Assembly: GCA_045403045.1 (NCBI GenBank)
Contig: JAXIPG010000028.1
Span: forward strand, 8,086 to 72,085
Origin: Terrimicrobiaceae bacterium
Lineage (GTDB): Bacteria > Verrucomicrobiota > Verrucomicrobiia > Chthoniobacterales > Terrimicrobiaceae
Direction: 5' to 3'
Length of the DNA: 64,000 nt
Shown here: positions 1-7,183 of the stretch, one piece after another
Layout: each line of letters opens with the position of its first letter
Position numbering within the stretch: the first letter of the stretch is position 1
The notes under the pieces: model-generated
What the model was told of the DNA's origin: nothing
The model's input: only the letters and a program-made list of their open reading frames with translations
The model's database searches: none
Program-made: the position numbers and the translations under genes

Positions 1-112
1 GAAGGTCACCGGGGCGCCGCAAACAATCATACAAACCATCGGGAGCCGGCCGTGATCACGGCGCCTGCTAATCTCGACCAAGCGAATGCTCAACCAATCC
101 CAGGAGGCTTCA

Positions 113-3100
113 ATGCGAAACGTTAGGATCTCGCGGAGCTTTTTTGCAATAGGAACGTTGCTCTTCCTCGGAGCGACTTCGATCTTCTCTGCCGAACCTG
201 TGCTGTCGCAGCTCAAGGTCGAGCAGAAAATAGGGAAAGACGACCACGGCATCTACCAAGTGACGCCGGCGTTGCAGATCTCCTTCACGTTGACGGAGCC
301 AGCGGATGTGACGGTGACCATCGCCCGGCACCTGGCGGGATACGAGGAGTTCAAATGGCCCTATCTGGCGGCGCCCTTTCCCGTGCGCACGCTGAAGCCT
401 GGCAAGCTTAAGGCCGGGCTGCAGACGGTGGATTGGGATGGCTTCGATGAAAATGGACAGCCGATCGTCGAGGTGCAAAATGTGAAGCCTGATGAACTGG
501 ATCGACTCAAGCTGAAGACGGCGACCGTGGAGCAACTGACCAGAACGCTTCCGGTCAGTCTCCTGCACGTGACCGTGGCAGCGGGCAAGGAGCAATTGTC
601 CGCCAACTTCGACCGTGCCATAGAGATGCTCCGGCCGAACCGCAGCGTCCGCCCGTTCCCTATGAGTGCGGTGGATCGCCAGGGAAATTTCCTGGTGCCG
701 GACTTCTGGGGGGGGAGCGTTCTGCGCTACTCGCCCGACTGGGTGCTGCTCGGGCAATGGCCGAAGGATCACAGCCGGGGACAGGGTTACGAGCCGGGTG
801 AATGTGGGGATGCGGGAACGGACAGCCAGGGCAATGTCTTCGCCGTCACTGGCTCGGGCGTTTACCGCTACGGCGTCAATGACGGCGGGGAACCCACGCC
901 CTGGCCTGAACAATCGGAATATACCAAGGCTCAAAACAAGGGCCACCTGCTTGGAAAGAGCGAGGAGAAATACAGCGGATTCGCTATCGATGATCAGGAC
1001 CGCATCTACACGGGGCGCAACCGACCGGATCCCTGCATCCTGGTGTTTGACAACAATGGCAAATTCCTGCGCAACCTGACGCTGCCTGAAGGCCGGCGCC
1101 CGGGGGAGATCCGCTGGCTGGGAAAGGACATCCTGGCGGTGACGGCGATCGGTTCGGACCCTGAGGGTGTGGTCTTCCTCATCGATGCCACGACGGGAGC
1201 GGTTACAAAGCGCATCGACATCGAAGACAACAGTCCGCTCCGCCTGTGGGCGGGACCGGATGGTTCTTTCATCACCGGTCACGGCGCAGGCATCGTCCGA
1301 CGCTATACGCGCGCAGGCGATCCTCTGCCGTTCGACCCCACCGTGGTCAATGTCCGTGGCAATGAGATCCGTTTCGCGCCACATGAATTCGGCCTGCCCA
1401 AGCAGTCGCCCGGGTTCCCCCTCGGTCCCCGAGGGTACGCGATCGCCACAGATGGCAGTTTCTCGATTTCCGAGGGGCTCGACTCCAATAATGCGCTCGC
1501 GACGAGCGAGGTATTCAACTACTCGAAGGGCGGCGTCTATCAGCCGGAAAACATCCTGGCCAGCCTTGGCCAGCGCACAGCTGGCAACGTCTTCCTTGAC
1601 GACGCGCCGGCTGCCTTCGACCTTTTCGTGACGAACTTCTTCGAACAGCAGCAGTCGCTCACCGTGCATTGGACACTGACCGACTTCGATGGCCGGAAGA
1701 CGATGGGAACGTCCACGGTGGTGGCGGAGCCGCTGCGCCGTCAGACGCTGCCGTTCACCGTGGATGCGCCGGCGCTTGGCCACTACCGCTTGGCGGTGGA
1801 GGTGCGTCACGGCAAGAAGCTGGTCGAGGCGCTGGGAGCGCAACTGGCGCGCATTCCGTCGCGGGACCTGAAGGAGAACCGCTATTCGCCCTTTGCCATG
1901 TGCCTCGTCGGTGAATTCGAGGTGATGAAGCTGGCCGGCGTCAAGAGCCACCGCGGAGATTCCGCTTCGTGGGCCCGGCAGGTCGAGCCGCTGGACGGCG
2001 TCTTCTATCCGGACCGGCCCGAGGCACGTCAATTTCCGCGGGGAGGCGCCGACAGCCTGCGCGCCTATGGACGGCGTGAGGGCTTTCTGCTGCTCAACGG
2101 CTTGAACTATGGCGAAGGCTGGCTGGGTGGCGACTGGGTCGGTCAGCCCACCCACTTCCTCTACAGCTACGATCGCTTCTACGGGTATTGCCTGCGGATC
2201 CTGGATCAGTTTGCAGGCAAGGGCGAGGCGTTCTATCAGTTCTGGAACGAGCCCGACAACTTCTGGGGGCCACGGGGCGCGTTTGGCCGTGAGCACTTCG
2301 CCATGGTTCAGAAGCACGTCTGGAGCATGGTCAAGGCGCGTGACAAGAATGCGCTGGCGATCGCCGACGGCGATGCGGGCGGCGTGAGGATGATGGAGGA
2401 ATTCGCCGAATACGGCGCAGCCGATTCGAACGACACCGTGCAGATGCACTATCCAGCCGCCACGGTCTATTCCTGGGATAACATGAAGTTTCCGGATCTG
2501 CCGGAGACGAAGGCGCCCGTCATCGCAAAGCTGGTGCAAATCCGCAACGAATCGTTTCCTGGCAAGGAAGTTTGGAACACGGAGGATACCGTTCCGGCCA
2601 ATCCGAAAACCGCCGAGATAACGGCCGCCAATCTGCCCCGGATGTATATCTCGCAAATCGCGGCGGGCGTGGACAAAGTCTACTTGTTTCCCCAGACCGG
2701 CATCTACAGCAGCCGGCATGACGTTGCTGGTTGCCTGGATGAGAACGGACATCCGTTCCCGACCTTCGTAAGCTACGCAACCGTTTCGCGATTGATTGAC
2801 GGGGCCCTATACGCGGGGCAGGCCGATTTCGGAGAAGGGGCTTATGGATATCTGTTTGCTCGTGGCCAGGATTTTGTGCTGGCCGCAAATACTATTTCCG
2901 GAACGCGGGAAGTGACCGTGGATGCGGGGGCTCCGAATGTGACGGTCGTTGACTTGATGGGCCGCTCAAAAGCCGTGACGATGCAGGGAGGCAGGCTGAA
3001 ACTCACGCTATCGCCCCAGATGCAGTATGTGTTGCTGCCGCGCAACAGCGCCGGGGCTCTGAGGATTGCCAATGGAGAGCTCAAGAAGCGTCTCGAGGTC

Positions 3101-3853
3101 TTGCAAGTCAGAACGGTGGGGGAGTTGCCGGGAAAAATCATCGAGGCGGCGAAAACGGCGGCCACCGATCCTGCGATGATGAATCGCCTTTATCATTTGG
3201 TCAAAGCGGCCGAAGTCTCCGCGGCGGCTAGTAGCACGCCAGAATCGAAGATGGAAATCGGCGGCGTGGCGAAAACCGCGCGCCAAGCCGTGGAAAAACG
3301 TGAAGGCGCGGACGGCTATCTCCGCCAGGCCCGGGTGGCGCTCGACTGGATGGAGCGACTGACCCAACAAGCCGGACGGGACCCGAGAATGGCCAGACCC
3401 GCCTGGCTGGCCGCCCAAGCCACGCAAGGTCTGGCAGCAGTCGAGAGGCCTGTGTACCCCGGCGTCGTCGTGAACGCCTTCATCGGCGACCCCGGCGAAA
3501 TCCAGAAGATCCGCGCCATTGTGCCTGTGGCGAACGAGCGCGCCACGTCCATTGATGACAAGTTCCGATTCCAAATCGACCGCAAGGCGGGAGAGACCTT
3601 TGATCTGGAATTAACGGTGAGCAACTATTACCGGCACAAGATCGAGGGCAGGGTGGCGCCGCGTTTGCCGGATGGCTGGAAAGCGGTGCAAGAGCCAGTC
3701 CCGTACTCCCTGGAACCCGGCGGTTGGCAACGCCATGTCTTTACGATCCAAATTCCTGAAAGCGCCGAACCAGGAACCTATAACGTGGGCGGCCAGACAC
3801 AATATCAGGGCGGCGAAATCAAGGAAATCCATGCCTCGCGGGTGAAACTGTGA
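113..3853 (+). CDS. Large secreted multidomain glycoside-hydrolase-like protein (FlgD-Ig-like N-domain, NHL/beta-propeller-like repeats, TIM-barrel-like core, NEW3-like C-domain)
   Basis: ORF 86..3853. The second ATG at 113 is preceded by AGGAGG (102-107). Signal peptide MRNVRISRSFFAIGTLLFLGATSIFSAEP. 'LKAGLQTVDWDGFDENGQPI' is FlgD-Ig-like. 'YQFWNEPDNFWGP' resembles the clan GH-A NEP acid/base motif. C-terminal 'GETFDLELTVSN...RLPDGWKA' is NEW3-like. Confidence 0.6.
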   Translation: MRNVRISRSFFAIGTLLFLGATSIFSAEPVLSQLKVEQKIGKDDHGIYQVTPALQISFTLTEPADVTVTIARHLAGYEEFKWPYLAAPFPVRTLKPGKLKAGLQTVDWDGFDENGQPIVEVQNVKPDELDRLKLKTATVEQLTRTLPVSLLHVTVAAGKEQLSANFDRAIEMLRPNRSVRPFPMSAVDRQGNFLVPDFWGGSVLRYSPDWVLLGQWPKDHSRGQGYEPGECGDAGTDSQGNVFAVTGSGVYRYGVNDGGEPTPWPEQSEYTKAQNKGHLLGKSEEKYSGFAIDDQDRIYTGRNRPDPCILVFDNNGKFLRNLTLPEGRRPGEIRWLGKDILAVTAIGSDPEGVVFLIDATTGAVTKRIDIEDNSPLRLWAGPDGSFITGHGAGIVRRYTRAGDPLPFDPTVVNVRGNEIRFAPHEFGLPKQSPGFPLGPRGYAIATDGSFSISEGLDSNNALATSEVFNYSKGGVYQPENILASLGQRTAGNVFLDDAPAAFDLFVTNFFEQQQSLTVHWTLTDFDGRKTMGTSTVVAEPLRRQTLPFTVDAPALGHYRLAVEVRHGKKLVEALGAQLARIPSRDLKENRYSPFAMCLVGEFEVMKLAGVKSHRGDSASWARQVEPLDGVFYPDRPEARQFPRGGADSLRAYGRREGFLLLNGLNYGEGWLGGDWVGQPTHFLYSYDRFYGYCLRILDQFAGKGEAFYQFWNEPDNFWGPRGAFGREHFAMVQKHVWSMVKARDKNALAIADGDAGGVRMMEEFAEYGAADSNDTVQMHYPAATVYSWDNMKFPDLPETKAPVIAKLVQIRNESFPGKEVWNTEDTVPANPKTAEITAANLPRMYISQIAAGVDKVYLFPQTGIYSSRHDVAGCLDENGHPFPTFVSYATVSRLIDGALYAGQADFGEGAYGYLFARGQDFVLAANTISGTREVTVDAGAPNVTVVDLMGRSKAVTMQGGRLKLTLSPQMQYVLLPRNSAGALRIANGELKKRLEVLQVRTVGELPGKIIEAAKTAATDPAMMNRLYHLVKAAEVSAAASSTPESKMEIGGVAKTARQAVEKREGADGYLRQARVALDWMERLTQQAGRDPRMARPAWLAAQATQGLAAVERPVYPGVVVNAFIGDPGEIQKIRAIVPVANERATSIDDKFRFQIDRKAGETFDLELTVSNYYRHKIEGRVAPRLPDGWKAVQEPVPYSLEPGGWQRHVFTIQIPESAEPGTYNVGGQTQYQGGEIKEIHASRVKL

Positions 3854-3888
3854 AAACCTGTTATTCAAGCGAAAAGAACAATAGTGCT

Positions 3889-4956
3889 ATGAAGAAAATG
3901 ATCTTTCATGCCATACACGGAGCTTCATCGCTCAGTCTTCTTTGGGTCGTTTGCTGGCTGCCGGCAGCGGACGTGCGGGCCGCGGACGCCCGCAAGGGAA
4001 GCGGCTCTCAAACCAATCAGGCGGCCGCCGCTTCCAAGGTGCAAGAACAAGGCCCGCCGGCTTCTCCCATCCTCAGCGTGATTTTCGACGATCCCAACGG
4101 CCTATTCACTTCCTATACCGAAGGGATATCTCGTTCGGATGCACAGAACAACCCGGAGATTCAGAAACAGGAGATCGCCACAGGCGTGGGCGCTTCGGCG
4201 AAGGTGGAGATAGGCGATGGCGACTGGGGAGAAGGAGGCGAAGAGCCGCCAAAATCCTTTTCGCTTTTGAGCAAGCCCGCGGAAGGAATCAAGTCGGCCC
4301 TGCGTCTCAACGGCAACAAGCTCGTTCCCGGAACCAGCGGCAGCGTGCGGATTATTCCGCAAGGCGTGGAGACCTCCATGGCGTCACTGTCTTCTTTTAA
4401 AAACGGAAAGGTGTTCCTCAACGGCGGGATCGATATGTTCCTCCGATACTCAGAAGAGCCTCCCTCGGCCAATCTCATGCCCGGTATTTTTGGCTCACAG
4501 GGCCTCGGCCTGCATTTCCTTGTCGAGGCGCATGAGGGAAGCGTCATTGCGAGGTTGGATGACGAGAAGGGCGAGCTTATTTTCGACACAGATCTGGACG
4601 GCGCAGCCGATGCGGTAAGAGTGGATACCACTTTCGTGAATCCGGCGGAATTCGATCCTGAAAAGTTCCAGCACCTCGCGGTTTGGTTTCAAACGGGGGA
4701 GGATGGAACCGTGACACTGAAGGTTTTTTTCAAGGTGGGAGCGGGCTCGATTAATACCGGAGAGGATGCGGACCTGGCTTCCATGGCTAGCTTCCGGGTA
4801 ATCACCCAAGACAGCACAAAACTCTTCGAGAATGGCTCGCTGGTCTTCGGGGCAAACTCAAGGAACCAGCCAGAAGTCGTTCATAACGACATCGCGGCGT
4901 TCCGGCTTTTCACGCCCGCGCCGGCCGTTTTTCCGGATCTTACAGGCGAGAAGTAG
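3889..4956 (+). CDS. Secreted hypothetical protein (possible LamG/concanavalin-like fold)
   Basis: ORF 3850..4956. ATG at 3889 gives MKKMIFHAIHGASSLSLLWVVCWLPAADVRA, a signal-peptide-like N-terminus. It starts just after the stop of the upstream gene. No catalytic motif recognised. Confidence 0.45.
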   Translation: MKKMIFHAIHGASSLSLLWVVCWLPAADVRAADARKGSGSQTNQAAAASKVQEQGPPASPILSVIFDDPNGLFTSYTEGISRSDAQNNPEIQKQEIATGVGASAKVEIGDGDWGEGGEEPPKSFSLLSKPAEGIKSALRLNGNKLVPGTSGSVRIIPQGVETSMASLSSFKNGKVFLNGGIDMFLRYSEEPPSANLMPGIFGSQGLGLHFLVEAHEGSVIARLDDEKGELIFDTDLDGAADAVRVDTTFVNPAEFDPEKFQHLAVWFQTGEDGTVTLKVFFKVGAGSINTGEDADLASMASFRVITQDSTKLFENGSLVFGANSRNQPEVVHNDIAAFRLFTPAPAVFPDLTGEK

Positions 4957-5084
4957 CCAGGACCATTCCATTTTTGCGAGGACACCATCGGGAGATAAAC
5001 ATGAAATTTTTCTTTGTCCTTTCTTCATTGGCCCGGCGCACCCTGCATGCGCGAATCGCAAAGGAAGGGCTTAGAAAGCCTCCA

Positions 5085-6200
5085 TTACCGGCTAAAAGCG
5101 CGCAGCATCTCAAGCGTAACCGCCGCACTCCGCTCCCATGAGTATTTTCTGGCTTGAACTTTTCCGTCTTCGATAAGCTTTGATCTTAGGACGGAGTCAT
5201 TTTCCAGCCTCAAATAAGCGTCGCAAAGCGCCTCAGGATCATCAAGCGGAACAAATAAGGCGGCACTATTCGTAACTTCCCTGAAAACGGGGATATCGGA
5301 AACTATCGTAGGTGTGCCATTCCCAATTGCTTCCACAACCGGGATCCCAAATCCCTCGTAGATTGAAGGATATACCATCAGCCGAGCATTCCGGTAGAGA
5401 TAGCACAATTCAGCATCGGAAACAAAGCCCAAAAGGCGAACTCGCTTCTTAAGCGCCGGCTTTTGCTCCAGATGTGCGGTCAAGGGCTCGTCATTCGCGC
5501 CAAGCTTGCCGGCCAGTATAAGCTGGGTTTCTTCATCGCCGCTGCGAGCCAAATAGAGCTCAAATCCATCTAAGACAAGTCTCCAATTCTTTCGAATGTC
5601 GCTCGGATTAACCATCAGAAAAAATCGGGCCGCCTCCGGAAGCGATGCCGGCTTGCTTGCGATTTTGGTGTGCTCATCGATGTTTGGGGCATTTGGAGCC
5701 ACCACCACGCGATCCTCTGACAGGCCGGAGAACTCCAAAATCTCCTGCTTGACGGTCTCGGATACCGTAACGATACGGTCACGGCGAGGCATCCATTTCT
5801 TAGCGTCACGCGCAAAGTCAGAGCAATATTTCTCGCCGTAGATTTGAGGGCACAAAACAAATCGCATATCGTGCAAAAGCACAATGGAAGGGCATGGTAC
5901 CCAAACTCGCAGCCAGCCAATATTACCATTGAGGAGATAGTATGAGCTGCTCCTGGTTCGGAGGATATTCGCTACAGGAACAAGATGCCGGCCGACGGCC
6001 CCGTGGTGGCGGTGGGCAACGGTATTCGGCGCCTCAAGCAGCCTATCGATCACAGAATGCCACCCTTCCATTGCAAAGTGCAGATGAAAGGTGGCGTCTG
6101 GCGCCAGGCGAAACAGGTTTTCCAGAACGCGAGTAACATAGACCTGGGAGCCTGTATAATGCGGAACCTGAAGTATGCTTGCCTCAAAGTAACAGTTCAC
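5085..6200 (-). CDS. Glycosyltransferase family 4 (GT-B, Glycos_transf_1)
   Basis: 371-aa ORF with the C-terminal E-x7-E signature 'EGFGIPVVEAIGNGTPTIVSDIPVFREV'. Confidence 0.8.
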   Translation of the reverse strand: MNCYFEASILQVPHYTGSQVYVTRVLENLFRLAPDATFHLHFAMEGWHSVIDRLLEAPNTVAHRHHGAVGRHLVPVANILRTRSSSYYLLNGNIGWLRVWVPCPSIVLLHDMRFVLCPQIYGEKYCSDFARDAKKWMPRRDRIVTVSETVKQEILEFSGLSEDRVVVAPNAPNIDEHTKIASKPASLPEAARFFLMVNPSDIRKNWRLVLDGFELYLARSGDEETQLILAGKLGANDEPLTAHLEQKPALKKRVRLLGFVSDAELCYLYRNARLMVYPSIYEGFGIPVVEAIGNGTPTIVSDIPVFREVTNSAALFVPLDDPEALCDAYLRLENDSVLRSKLIEDGKVQARKYSWERSAAVTLEMLRAFSR

Positions 6201-6401
6201 TTTCCGAGCTTTGTCGATAGCTCTTAACTGTCAATCCTTTCTTGATTTCCAAACATCGTTTTGCCGCCTCGATTTTCTGCTCGCCCTCGGACCCTGTCGC
6301 GTCGTCGAATTCTTGACAAGGAACGCGCTGCGAAACCTACCCTGAAATCACGAAAACGTCGATTGTCGCGTAACCAAATCCTCCTTCCACACGAAAAAAG
6401 C

Positions 6402-6830
6402 ATGAGCATGCCCGATTACAAACGCTCCGAGCTTTCCGTCTCCCTCCGGGTAAGCGATCTCCTGGCAAGGATGACACCGGAGGAAAAGGCGCGTCAGCTC
6501 GAAGTGATTTTTATCCAACCAGGGTCGAGGTCTCCAATGATCTGCGGCGTTGGTTCGGTGCCAACGCCGCTCGGCATTCCAGTGCTGCTCGTCGAGGAAG
6601 GGCTGCACGGATTCAACCGCGCATACAGGCACGGTGTTTCCCCAATGCCTTGGCTTGGGTGCAACATTCGATCCGGGCTTGGTCGAGCGTATTGGCGCAG
6701 CGATCGCCGCGGAGTTGCGCACCGTCGGTGTGCAACCTCGCCTACGATGACCTGAGCGTTTCGAGAGCCGAGATGAAGGTCGAATTTTCGTCGGAAATCC
6801 CGCCTCGCAGCGCAGGCCCACGCCCGACAG
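6402..6830 (+). pseudogene. Truncated, frameshifted remnant of a GH3 beta-glucosidase (N-terminal ~140 codons only)
   Basis: Frame 1 reads 'MSMPDYKRSELSVSLRVSDLLARMTPEEKARQL...GIPVLLVEEGLHGF'. It then shifts frame to 'TVFPQCLGLGATFDPGLVERIGAAIAAELRTVGV' (ORF 6550..6750). Both are typical GH3 N-domain motifs. Degenerate 'SRDEGRIFVGNPAS' follows, where RDPRWGR..FGEDP would be expected. There is no C-terminal domain. Confidence 0.7.
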
Positions 6831-6952
6831 GTAAAGAGCCAACTTGGCGCCACTTACACGACAGAAAAAACTGCAGGGAACAGCACGCTCCGGTTGGTTC
6901 AAACCTTCTACCTTATAAGGAAATCTTCTTTGTTTTATCCAGCGAACTTCCT

Positions 6953-6980
6953 TTGACGATTTTGAACAGCTTGCTAAAAA
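6953..6980 (+). promoter_or_regulatory. Candidate sigma70-like promoter in the AT-rich leader of the TPR/Exb operon
   Basis: TTGACG (6953-6958), 16-nt spacer, TAAAAA (6975-6980), inside the AT-rich stretch 6900-7140. Confidence 0.2.
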
Positions 6981-7148
6981 AACCGCCCACCACAGGAATC
7001 ATTTTCTTGTTGAAAAAATATCAAAACTGTTTCTATTGGATAAAATCTACTCAGGACCTTTTCTTCCTAGTTCCATTGCACATTGATAAATTCATAGGGG
7101 CATCCTCCCTGCTCCTCCACAAGCAGACGGATTACTTCCGAAGTGCGC

Positions 7149-7176
7149 GGCAGGCAATATTTTGCTGCCTTTTTTT
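7149..7176 (+). terminator. Terminator-like hairpin plus T7 run immediately upstream of ATG 7184
   Basis: GGCAG(G)CAA-tatt-TTGCTGCC followed by TTTTTTT (7170-7176). It lies 7 nt before the first ATG of the TPR ORF and overlaps a signal-peptide-like coding stretch, so its role is ambiguous. Confidence 0.35.
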
Positions 7177-7183
7177 GCTTCTT

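Noticed and set aside
110-2752. 880-aa ORF on the minus strand, antisense to the first large gene
   Set aside because: This is the typical mirror ORF of GC-rich DNA. The product is Arg/His/Pro/Gly-rich low complexity with no signal or motif, whereas the plus-strand frame has an SD, a signal peptide and recognisable domain motifs.
6650-7183. N-terminal 178 codons of track ORF 6650..9883
   Set aside because: This stretch runs through the GH3 remnant in the wrong frame and through the AT-rich non-coding leader. It has no TPR character, so it is an open-frame artefact rather than part of the TPR protein.
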